Source: Octopus sinensis
Taxonomy: Eukaryota
Direction: 5' to 3'
Length of the DNA stretch: 64,000 nt
Assembly (NCBI RefSeq): GCF_006345805.1
Contig: NC_043005.1
Location: 40,734,001 to 40,798,000, forward strand
Shown: one piece after another, positions 11,254 to 23,100 of the stretch
Layout of the letters: each line of letters starts with the position of its first letter
Numbering within the stretch: position 1 is the stretch's first letter
The notes under the pieces: generated by a model
What the model was told of the DNA's origin: nothing
The model's input: only the letters and a program-made list of their open reading frames with translations
Databases searched by the model: none
Position numbers and translations under genes: made by a program

Positions 11254-11688
11254 AGATAATTTTGTTAATTAGCTAACCTAACCTAATTAACTGGCAGTGA
11301 GTGTTCTGAAAGCATAGTTGCAAGAATAAAAACTGAGTGGAAAATGTGTTTAGAGTTATTCTGCTGCAAAAATTAAAAAGTACAAATGATCCCTCTAGGT
11401 TAGCAGTAATTCCCAATAACAACTGACTCAGACTCTGGTGACTCACCCAACCTTTGACAGCATGGAAAAGCAGATTTAAAATGATGATGATGGCAATGGA
11501 AAGTATTAAGAAATAGTTAAAAGGCTAAAATCCTGTTATCTTTAATTTATTCCTCTCTTGATCTGACTTTGTAAGCTTATTGCTGCTGCCTAAGACCATG
11601 GAAATTTTAGCTGTAATAAGCAATTAATGTTTTGTAACTCTTGAAATTTTGTATTGCCTATATTTTAATATTTCATCTTATTTTGTAG

Positions 11689-12373
11689 GGTGACCGGGCT
11701 GGTATTTGTGTGACACAGTTTGATCCTAAACAGCTTGAGCGTGGCCTTGTGTGTTCTCCAGGTTCCCTACCTACTATTTATGCTGGAATAATCTTTGTAA
11801 AGAAGATCCCTTACTACAAAGGAACTGTATCCACTAATGCCAAGTTCCATATAACAATGGGTCATGAAACTATCATGGCCCATGTCACATTTTTTGGCAC
11901 TGAAAGTGCTTCTGAACAAGATAATACTTTAGATCTTTCAAAAGAATATAATTACCAAGAAGAATTATTAGAAAAGCAACCTCAACAGCCTAATCTCTGC
12001 CAATATGCTCTCTTGGAATTTGAAAAGCCCATTACTTGTTTGGCATCCTGTCTAGTGATTGGCTCCAAACTTGACAGTGATATCAATGCCAATGTGTGCC
12101 GGATTGCATTCCATGGACAACTATTAACTTATTACACTGACTCAAAGTACAAAGAGAGTAAACTATCAGAACTGAAGATATTTAAAATCAAGTCCAGGGA
12201 AGGTAGGATCGAACGAGTTACTGATGCTCATTCACTAATTGGCAAGGATTTATTCAAGAAAGAAACAAATATACAAGCCTTTGCCAACCTCAAAGTAACA
12301 TTATCAAGTGGCGAGAATGGAATTATTGAGGGCAGTTTTGGTCAAAGTGGCAAAGTAAAAATCCGTATTCCAA
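11689..12373 (+). CDS. EEFSEC: eEFSec coding exon (685 nt)
   Basis: ttttgtag|GGT GAC CGG...CCA A|gtaagt. Encodes GDRAGICVTQFDPKQLERG...KFHITMGHET...LFKKETNIQ...FGQSGKVKIRIP; largely coincides with ORF 11710-12381. Confidence 0.96.
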
Positions 12374-13332
12374 GTAAGTAAACCTTTTTTTCTTAAATAT
12401 ATTCTTTACAATGACAGCTTCATATTTCCAAATATCACCAACACATTTCTTAAGACTAATTAAGGACAAAGGAATTGTTTATACCATTTTTCTAAAATTA
12501 TTGAACAGATAAAGATAAAATGGTTGAGAGTACAAAGCAAATAGTGAAAGGCAACTAGTCTGAGGGATTTATATTATTTTACTGTCAGCTCTACTGTCTT
12601 TAAAAATATGGCTACTTGTATTTTTAATGTACTGTACAATTTAGTAGATATAACACAAGGGCTAAGCTCAGCATTCATTTATTGAGATTTAAGCACCAAA
12701 GTATATCTCACTTTTATTGAATTATCTTCTTTCTCTTCTACTTATGTTATTATTTCACTGTAATTAAGGGAGGAGTGAGTCAGTAGTTTATCAAGGGGAG
12801 CTACAGTGCCAACTCTGCGATACTAGCCCCAATTCCTGAATTAAGAAACTGTCAGTCAATTCATCTTGGCCATCATTGTTTGATGTAAAATATTATCATT
12901 TAATTTTTGTCTTCCCCATACATGCAAGTTGCTGTTCTTCATTGACCCCTTCCCATGCTTTCCTCTGCTACAGGGTCCTTCCAGATGGCACTCCTTTATC
13001 TAATTATCATCCTTCACATTATCACATCTCCATACTCATGTAGAATTATTTCTTTTACATTATAGTTGATTCAAATTAACAAAATTCTGGATATAACAGA
13101 ATTGAAGAAGGGAAAGAGTAATGCTAAAGGTTCATTTAAGATGGTGCAAAAACTCTGAAACAAAATATCATTATTTACAAATCACTTTAGCAAAAGGAAT
13201 GGTAATTCAGGCAATATCTTTTTATATTTCCCCCAGTATATTACTGGTATTGCCATCACATGAATGAAAAGTAAAATCATAATTAAAATTTCAAATCAGT
13301 TTCTCATCTAAGTTTTTTTGTTTTTGAAGATA

Positions 13333-13935
13333 AATCAAAATCAAAATCAAATCAAATCAAAACAAATCAAAATAGATGAACATCTTGTGAAGACCTGTTG
13401 AGGCAAGTGAAAATCAAAATCAAATCAAATCAAATCAAAACAAATCAAAATAGATGAACATCAATGGAATTTGTATCTTTGTGGTACCAGTGCCGGTGGC
13501 ATACAAGAAAACCATCCGAACGTAGCCGTAGCCAGTACCGCATCGACTGGCCTCCATGCTGTGGGCACGTAACAAACACCATCCGATCGTGGCCGTTCGC
13601 CAGCCTCATCTGGCACCTGTGTCGGTGGCACATAAAAACACCATCCGAGCGTGGCCGTCTGCCAGCCTCGTCTGGCACCTGTGTCGGTGGCACATAAAAA
13701 AAAACACCATCCGAGCGTGGCCGTTCGCTAGCCTTGTCTGGCACCTGTGTCGGTGGCACAAAATCACCCACTACACTCTCGGAGTGGTTGGCGTTAGGAA
13801 GGGCATCCAGCTGTAGAAACACTGCCAGATCTGACTGGCCTGGTGCAGCCTTCGGGCTCCCCAGACCCCAGTTGAACCGTCCAGCCCATGCTAGCATGGA
13901 AAGCGGACGTTAAATGATGATGATGATGATGATGA
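13333..13935 (+). mobile_element. young RTE-tail element with (AAATC)n head and ~63-bp units
   Basis: Duplicated AAATC-rich block at 13333-13462, then units nearly identical to 8781-8990, then the shared tail. Confidence 0.85.
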
Positions 13936-15089
13936 AGTTCTAAGAACATTACCAACATAAATTCAGACAAGGAATCGAATTTGGGTTTGCATTTCATTTT
14001 ACTAACAGTTTTAAAAGATTTCATCATTTGCCACATACTTCCATATAAATAATTTCTTACATCAGCACATATTCCTATATTGGAGTAAATAGTGATACTT
14101 AAAGAAAGTAATATAGTTAAGAATAACAAGAATCAATGTGTGAAAATGATTTCTTGATATCTTTTGAAATTCTTACTCAGTATATGTACTTAAGCTGACT
14201 ATATCTGGCCAAAATATTCTACCTGTTTTATGTTCAGACCAGCTAGTTCAGGCCTTTCACAACTACCCTACAAAGTCAATTCCAAAATAAACATTTAATT
14301 GAAAACGATGTGAATAAATAAGCAATACATTATAGTCTGAATGCTAAAGAGTTAAATTCTCAGTTTGTTAATTCTTTCTCTGGGTATTGAATAACAAGCA
14401 AGAATAAAATTTTAGAATTGGATTGTTTAGAAGACCTTCATCTGTGGGATTTGTATCTCTCGTGCCACTTGGTTTTCCAGATGAGAAAAGTGATTAGGGA
14501 GTCATCTTGACTCTTTCATTATTGCTGCTTGTGTTATCTTAGAAAATGTTGGTAGATTTAAAAATCTCATTAAAATTAAGATATTCATTGTCCTGGTGCC
14601 ATGTTAAAAACACTGGTGCCGCATAAAAGGCACCCTGTACACTGTGTGAAGTGTTTGGCATTAGGAAGGGCATCTAGCTATAGAAACTATGCCAGAACAG
14701 ACAATAGAGCTTGATGTGGCCCTCTGGCATTACCAGCTCTGGTCAAATCATCCAACCCATGGCAGCATGGACAACTAATGTTGAATGATGATGATGGTGA
14801 TCTAAATTAAAAATCAATTCCTGGTTGAATGGTAGGTTTGAAATAGCCTCAGTAGGGTTTTTTTTTCTATTAAACCTGAACAATATATTTTACCTGTTGT
14901 CTATCTTTGAATATTCAATGATAAAGGAAGAATAGGAACCATATATGATTTGAGGGAATATGTGATGTAGTGGCTGAAGAGGCTCTCATGCCTAGAATAA
15001 TTTCTAAGCATGGTTCTGACTCATGTTGGCCTCCTTAATACTTCAGAGTAGTGAGAATTATCTCAATGTCATAATCCTGTCAAACTTAC

Positions 15090-16830
15090 TATTCCATGCT
15101 GGCATGGGTTGAACGGTTTGGCAGGGCCCAATGAACTAGAGGACTGTATTCAGCCACAGTGTCTGCTTTGATGTAGTTTCTACGGCTGTATACTCTTCCT
15201 AATATCAACCACTTTATAGAGTGCACTCTTTTTTTTTCTCATGTTACAGAAACTTGTGAGGTCACCAATTTACTTAAAAGGCATGGAATTTGAAAGAAAG
15301 TGATTGCACGGGAGAGGGGAGGTAACTCCTAGCATTAAGGTGGTGTTGAAATATGAAAAAATTCTGCTCTCGTGATTACAGTAGCTGAATAGTGCCATAG
15401 AGGAATGGAAGGATGCATGCTAGGAAGATGAGAGGTGATAATGGGTGAGGGATAAGCTTGGAGGGATCAGATCAAGCGCAGAGACGGGACCTAGTGAGTA
15501 CATAGATATACGCTATTCTTTTAGGACTTTCAATGTGTCAAATGGGTCTTCTTGAGCACAGTGAGTCATCAATCATCTTCGTCCTTTGTCATCTTCTCTA
15601 AGAGACTCAGTCTGAAGATCAGCCGTCTCTGCTTCATCCCGTGTCTTCCTGGGTTTCCCTCTCTCTTCTGCAAGTTCAATTCACATTTAAGCAATCAACA
15701 GTTCTTTATACAGCTGCTTTTATCCATACACATTACATGACCATACCGCTTATGCCCAATATTTCTCTCAACACATTTGCAGTTTGTCATACATTGCACT
15801 TCCTACAGGGCATAATAGTTTCATTACTTCCTGGTCTTCACATATCCTCTGCATTCAAGGCTCACATCTCATTACCATGTATGTAACATTGCTGTTTGTA
15901 TACAAGCATCATACAATCTACTTTTCACTCTGACCAGAGAGTCCTTTTGTAACCAACAGAGGTAATAACTCTCAAGACTTTCTCCATCCTGTTCTTATTT
16001 TAGTTACCATATACTATCTCCAGGAAACCATCTGGGCTTTTGAGAAAATCTATTTCCTGTGTGTTCTTAGTGTTTATTGCTTTTATGCATCTGCCACATA
16101 CAAAGTCTACTTTCTCCTTTAATCTTCTCATGATTTCACTGCACTTCTTGTGGGTCCCTAGCTTGCACTGGGTACACTGTGGAATTTCTAACCACTTCTT
16201 TCCTTCACTTCAACCAGAGCTATTTTCATGAAAGGATAGTGGTTTGTCTGCTCTCTTAAGCTTAAAACCCTTTGATTCCAGGTTTTGCTTCTACTCTTCG
16301 AATTTCATTTCTAATTCTACTACACAGTCTGCTATACGATCAAAGTTCTTAGGATATAGTAGTTCCCAAGGGCAACTAGTATTAAATTCCTTCTGTTATA
16401 GCCTGGAGGATTATGACTGAGAGAGGATTGTAAACTGAATCCTGGTGTACTCCTGAATGCACATTATAATCATTGTTGTACTTGTTAACTCTTACATTAC
16501 TGATGTACCCCTGTACATGGCTTGTAGGGCTCTCAGAAGACATTTAATCTTCTCCTAACTTCCTCAGAGACCACCACATCACTAGATTCTGTGAAAGGCT
16601 TGGCTTATTTTTAACTAAATACTTCTGCAGTTAATCTTATTAGAAAGAGGGTAGCAGTAACACTCTGGCATAAAATCAAACTGCATCTCATCTAATCTAA
16701 TTCTCTTCTTAATTAATTGGGCTATAACTTTTCTGTAACTTTCATGACTTGGCCCAGTAGCTTGATATCTTTGTAATTCTCTCTTAGACATCCTTATCCT
16801 TGTAACACTTGACTACCATCAGTTGTTGGG
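15090..16830 (-). mobile_element. 5'-truncated RTE-clade LINE
   Basis: The minus strand carries decayed RT segments (NYKDIKLLGQVMKVTEK; PWELLY-like near 16365) followed by the family 3' tail (..GGAAG.GTATACAGCCGTAG..CCATGCCAGCATGG). Confidence 0.8.
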
Positions 16831-17612
16831 GTATGTGTGCTAGTTTATCATCTTATCCTATGTTTGTGTCGACAACTAGAATTAATCATTTGGTTGCACA
16901 GAAATAGCAATAAGTCTATAAAAAAAGTATCTGGCTCCTCAATACATGAATTAAAAGTATATATATATATATGAGTTATTATATACATATATATAATAGT
17001 ATATATGAATCATGATTTGTCTTTAAAAGAATTTCTGAATTTTAACATGAAGAGAGAAAATGCTGATTTGGCAACCAAAAAAGATTGTGATGTCAAATTT
17101 TTTATTAATTCTAGATATTTATGGATGTAGAATTAATCTGATTTATAGAACTTGCCTACTTCTTACCAGTCAGAAGCTAAATGAAATCTAACTTTTTGTA
17201 GTCCTTTGGGTGTCTTCAAACAAATTATTTTGAAGTCACACAAATACATGCACAGTACCTAGATATATTGTAACCTTTTGGTTGTGGCCATGCTGGGGCA
17301 CTGCCATTGATTGATGGGTGGCTCCCATATAGTCAACCCACCTAAGTATTAACAAGGCTCAATGTTACATAACTTCAATGATCAGAGAAAAATCAGTGTT
17401 TTCTTTGTGAAGAGATCAATTACTGTGTAACAAGCTTTCTTTTATTTTCATAGTCTAAAAAGTACCTTTATCTTGACATTTTGCTCTCACCTGGATGATG
17501 CTCTATAAAATGACCTCAGTAATCACTTCAGACATTTAGTTGATTTGTTTTCTTTTATATATGTATGTGTATGTGTATATACATATATTTATTTGTTTAC
17601 ATATTATTGCAG

Positions 17613-17773
17613 ATGGTTTGAGTGAGGAAGTCCTTCAGAGATATTCCGGTTCAAAGAAGAAGGGAAAAACTGCTGAGGCTGCTTCACCTGGAGCAGATCA
17701 AGAACCAGTGAAGATCATTTTATCATTTAAACGATATATTTTTGATCCAAAGAAAAAAATGATACAGTCATGA
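17613..17773 (+). CDS. EEFSEC: eEFSec terminal coding exon
   Basis: attgcag|AT GGT TTG... ends LSFKRYIFDPKKKMIQS-TGA, similar to human LTFKRYVFDTHKRMVQSP. The phase-1 junction with the previous exon is in frame. Confidence 0.95.
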
Positions 17774-18628
17774 CACGAAGGATAAAGTGTCTTCTAGAGA
17801 GATTTGTTTATGTTTGTGTGAATTTTCTCCAGCAAATGCTTTTGCATCTATTTTTAAAAATATGTTAGGCACTATTCCTCAACCTCACACTCAATGTTCA
17901 CTTTGAATTTTTGCTGAGAAATGAGAAAATGAGGTTGTAATGGGGTCTAGTGTCAGAAATAATGGTTCAGTTATTGTATTTTTTTGGTGAAGCAGTAAAG
18001 AATAACGATGGCTGTGGAATTGATATATATTTGCTAGTTGAGAAGAGCAAGAACTATGTTAACAACAGTAAAAGAGATGGGAAGATGATGATACTGTTGT
18101 TGTTTTTTGTTTGCGTGTATGTGTGTATGTTTTGACCGGTGTATAATGTATATTTGCAATGTTGCTGCTTTGTTTCAAATAGAATGCAATATGCCGATGC
18201 AATTGAACTTTGTTGAAGGTGAGCACTTGATTATAGCCAGAATATTTTCTGTTACTAGAGAGGAATCTTTGTCTTTAAGATGCAGTTTTTTAACTATGTT
18301 ATTGATTTGTAGTTGTTGTGAGAGATAATCAAGTTGAAAATGTTTGTTATGGTTTTTAGTTGAGGATTTGAGAAAGTCTAGTTTTATATTTCTTTTAGCT
18401 GTCTATTGATGATGTTAGAGGACAGTAAGATGCAAAGTTCCTATCTGAAAGATGTTTGCAAGGCTTTTATTCATGGGGCAGTGAATTTAGTTTTTATATG
18501 GATGATGTATGTTCAAAAGGCTTTTGAGGAGTGAAATGAGGGGTTTGTCACAATATGAATATGTTTAACTGGAGATAATGCTGATTGATCTTAAAAGATA
18601 CTACTAATGTGATAGAGGGTAGGATTGA

Positions 18629-18859
18629 GGGTGGCGACCTGGCAGAAATGATAGCATGCCGGGTGAAATGCTTAGTGGTATTTCATCTGCTGTTACATTC
18701 TGAATTCAAATTCTGCCATGGTCGACTTTTCCTTTCATCCTTTTGGGGTCAATAAATTAAGTACCAGTTACACACTGGGGTCAATGTAATCGACTTAATC
18801 CCTTTGTCTGTCCTTGTTTGTCCCCTCTATGTTTAGCCCCTTGTGGGCAATAAAGAAAT
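18629..18859 (+). mobile_element. third tRNA-derived SINE family
   Basis: Head gtggcgacctggcagaa, B-box-like gaattcaaattc, body cctttcatccttttggggtcaataaattaagtacc. Other copies: about 3512-3695(-), 26751-26939(-), 42000-42200(-), 54260-54470(+), 56140-56350(-). Confidence 0.8.
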
Positions 18860-19811
18860 GAGAGGGTAGGATTCTGGTTGATTTGACTCTACACAGAACA
18901 TACATACATCTATTTTGTCCACTGCCTGCAGTAGCCTTATCACACACTTCTTCATTAAACCTTGCTTCTGTTGCCATGTACACATTCTTGGTCTCAGCAT
19001 CATTTCACATCATTTTCATATATAATTCTATCCTTTAATGTTCTCATGTTACTTCAACAATTCATTATTTTCTTCATCCGAGTGTCTTACGTGCTGCAAC
19101 ATTCACCCCATCAATAACAAACAGGATTACCTGAGGCTCTTTATTTGTATCTTCTTTACCACTTCAATCCAGAACTTTCCTTGTTTGGCAGTCTTAATAT
19201 TGAGCTTAAAGATTTCTTGGAAACAAAACCCACAAATTCTGTTGATCCATCCATCCAGTCTCTGATTCTGTTCATACTTCTGATACCCATTATATGCTGC
19301 TGCTATAATCATTCTGAGGAATGAATCTTTCTCAAACTCGGAGCAAACCAGGCTTGGGCTTTGTCTCCTTCGCAGGAAGACTAATTTCAAGGTACACATC
19401 AACACCAAATGTTTCCTTTGTCAGAACTATCTGAAAGCTTTCATCCACAGCAGGAAAACTGGAATGCCTGACAGGACAACTTTACTGACAAATTTTCACT
19501 TTCCTCATATCTTTGTTAACCAGTCAATATCCGTATGTAAAAAAATGCTATAGCAATCTGAATTTGTTCAATTTCAAAAAAGTATTTTCAATGTTCACAC
19601 ATCTGAAATTGCTGCACCCTGCAGCTGAGATAATATTGGCCTCAAAAAAGCAATATAAATGGTACTATGCTGGTCTGGCAAATTGACCTACAGGAAAGAA
19701 GCCTTACATTACATTCACAACCTATTCTATTTAGAATTATCTAGGATTCAGCCAGAAGCTAATATTGGGATTTTTTTCTATTTGGTTGCACCTGTGGAAA
19801 TTTCAAAGATT

Positions 19812-20198
19812 ACTCTTTTACATTTCAGTCATTTGACTGTGACCATGCTGGAGCACTGCCTTTAGCCGAGCAAATTGACCCCAGGATTTATTCTTTGTAA
19901 GCCTAGTATTTATTCTATCGGTCTCTTTTGCCAAACCGGTAAGTTACGGGGACGTAAACACACCAGCATCGGTTGTCAAGCGATGTTGGGGGGACAAACA
20001 CAGACACAAAAACATACACACACACACACACACATATATATATACACGACGGGCTTCTTTCAGTTTCGGTCTACCAAATCCACTCACAAGGCTTTGGTTG
20101 GCCCGAGGCTATAGTAGAAGACACTTGCCCAAGGTGCCATGCAGTGGGACTGAACCCGGAACCATGTGGTTTGCAAGCAAGCTACTTACCACACAGCC
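19812..20198 (-). mobile_element. tRNA-derived SINE, same family, well preserved
   Basis: Reverse complement has A box gtggctgtgtggtaag, B box gggttcagtccc and gcaccttgggcaagtgtctt. Other copies: about 25180-25520(-), 32563-32750(+), 34240-34625(-), 55620-55925(-), 61760-61975(-). Confidence 0.82.
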
Positions 20199-23100
20199 AC
20201 TCCTACACCTATTAAAAATTTGGTGTATTGATGTAATTTTCCATGCTGAATCTCAGGAGATATTTCAATTTTTCCAGAAAATTTATAAAAAAAATTATAG
20301 ATGTTTAAAGTTTGATCATTTTTACCCAGTTAGAAAAAAGGATTTGGAAACTGTCATTTTGTGAGTTGTCAACTGTAAACAAATGAAATATTGGCAGAAT
20401 TTTGCTTTATGCACACTATGTAACCCCTTATAACTTATTTTTTGGAATTTTCAGAAAATTTTTGTGAATTTGTATCCTACACATGGGGTTTCATACAATT
20501 ATACAAAAACAAAAAAAAATTGGAGGTGTGTAATTTAAGGCCTGTTCAGTTGTTATTTTTTGTACATCTCATGACCACTTCAATGCGTAGAATATATTTG
20601 TCAACACATGTACTTCCTTGCAGACAAGAGTTCATGCTTGGCTCATTACTATGGAAACAGGCATGAATGTGTCTGTGGCATACTGGCTAAAGTTACCCAA
20701 AACTTGCAAACTTTAAAAGCTATTAACTCTTTATTTACTGATTTGTGATGAAAATGAATTTTATGACAATGATTAGCATACAAAACAACACCATTACACC
20801 AAATATAAAGTCAATGGGAACAGAAACTGTAAAGTGGCAGCCAAACAGAAAAGATCCAATATCGTAACAGTTTGAAATGTAACCTCTTCAGATCTGCTTC
20901 CACTATGCAATCTAAAGTAAATCCTTGGTCATCTCTCCATAATAAAATCCAGTCTTGTTGACTTATATAGTTAAACTGATCCTAAATTGCTTCCTCTTTC
21001 ATTACTTGTACCATTAGAATCACTACAGATACCAAGCTGGAGTCCAGTTATGTTAATCTTTTTGCAAGCTATACTGACATACAGATTTTCACCTTGTTCA
21101 CTGTGTTGGCACTATTTCACTTACCTCAGTTAAACTGAAGTGCTTTATCTCATCTGTCAACACTTCATGCATTAGAATTCATTTCCTACTCTATCCAGTA
21201 CTTCTATCAACAATATCCACTTCCAGCTACTAATGCCATTGTTATTTCCCTTCTCTGTATCTACACAGAATACATTTATTAAAGATACACTGCACCTTAT
21301 GTAGCTAAAAGTTAACATTCTGCAACATCTATTAGTAGCTTTCTCAGCATTGTTTACACCACAGTTCATATTATAACAATCACTGCAAATAACATAGCCA
21401 CACTGCAACTAAGTGCTCTAGTTGACTATTTCTCAAAATTGAGCCTCCAAAAACCACACAAAATATGCACCTTCTACTTTCACCATGATTTTCATTGCTT
21501 CTTTCCATCATTGGTGATGTCCTTGTCAGAGCCAAATGCACACACAGCACTCTTAAAACTTGATTCCAGATGTTTTTTGAACCCGTTTGTGAAGCAATTT
21601 AATTTCAATGATGTTAGAGAGCAAACTCTAAAAGGGTCCTTTTAGCACTTTTTCTCACATTTCTTTCTGGGATCTTTGGATGACTAGTCAGTCTTTACTA
21701 TTAAGGCTAGTGACTAAAGGTAATTCAAAATGATTTCCTGTTGATGATAGGAAAATATCTAATTTGGTGCAATGCAGTTTTATTTCAAGTGTTGTTACCA
21801 ACTCTAAGAGTATATGTTTTACCAATGAAATATTGTTTTCAGCTTGTAAAATCAAATTCCAGTTTGATATCTATGAAAATATCAGTTAACATATTTAAAC
21901 AATATTGAAAAAAGTTGCTCTCTATCCCTTCTATGAACCTGTCCAGAGACAGAAGAGTTGCAATGACTGAGCAAACCAAGTGATATGAATCTGTGATCAC
22001 TGTGGTACTGTACTGATCCCTACACACTGAAGCTTCCCTACCACCATTTGATTGAGATTAATAGAGAATAGGTTAAGATGGAGCTCCAAACTAACTAGAT
22101 AATAATTTGGTTTGTTTGTTTCAGTGCTGAAATCAAATTCTCTCGTACAAAGAAATATACTCAAAACATAGGCATAATCATATTTTACACAATATTTATC
22201 TATATTTTCAAATGGTTTTTCATTGTAAATTTATAAGGAAAAAATATCTTTATATAATGCTTTATTTACAAGTTTTACATACTCTCTCAAATATTTCAAA
22301 GTCAATCAATTAGAAATTTCAAACAAAATACTTTCTTACATATTTTGGGGAAAGGAAATAGGGAATTAGTGATGTCAATGCCTGTTCTATTAACTGGAAA
22401 TAAAAATAATTGCAACAAAACTCTTTACACTGAAAACTTAACACTGCATCAAGGCAGCAGTCTTTGATTTAGAAGGGTCCTAAAACATTTTTATTCAGTA
22501 TTACTTTCCCTTCTTATTTAAGATTACATTCCATAAAACCTTAATGGCTATAGCATTACTTCACAGGTGTTAAAAGTAAAACAGTTAAACACTGGAAGAA
22601 CAGATTTGTCTGGTGAAATAAAGTGGGGTTGGGTTACATTCCTTTTTTTTAAGGAATCCCTGCTGGTTTAAATACTCTTTGTATTTCTTTGTTTCTACAT
22701 TCCTACAAATTTTATATGATTTTTGAGTTTTCAAAGAAAAATAAATCTTAATTAAAAAACAAATCTTTGTAATGACTTTGCATTCCATTCTTCTTTCCCA
22801 AATATTCTACAGAAATTTTGTTTTAAACTACGAAATATTTGACACCAGATTTGAACATAGTTAAAGTAAGAATGACAATATCTAAATAAGTCAGTTTTTC
22901 ATTTTCAAATCGAGTCAGCTCATAGAGCTGGTGAGGAGGCAATTTTCATGCCTTTTTTCCCAAAGGCATCTTGTAAAATAACCATAAATGTTCACTCTAT
23001 ACACATTCACAGTGAATATCGAAGTAAAAAAAAAAACATCAATAAACAAACAAACAAATCCTATTTTAATATTAACATTCCTGCAACATCTAAATCCAAT

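Noticed and set aside
17870-17952. Hairpin in the eEFSec 3' UTR (CAACCTCA/TGAGGTTG, CACTA/TAGTG) considered as a SECIS
   Set aside because: No RUGA on the 5' arm opposite a GA, so the SECIS core is absent.
19127-19408. 93-aa minus-strand ORF ending at a CAG|GTAATC donor-like site
   Set aside because: No recognisable homology or upstream acceptor; compatible with chance.
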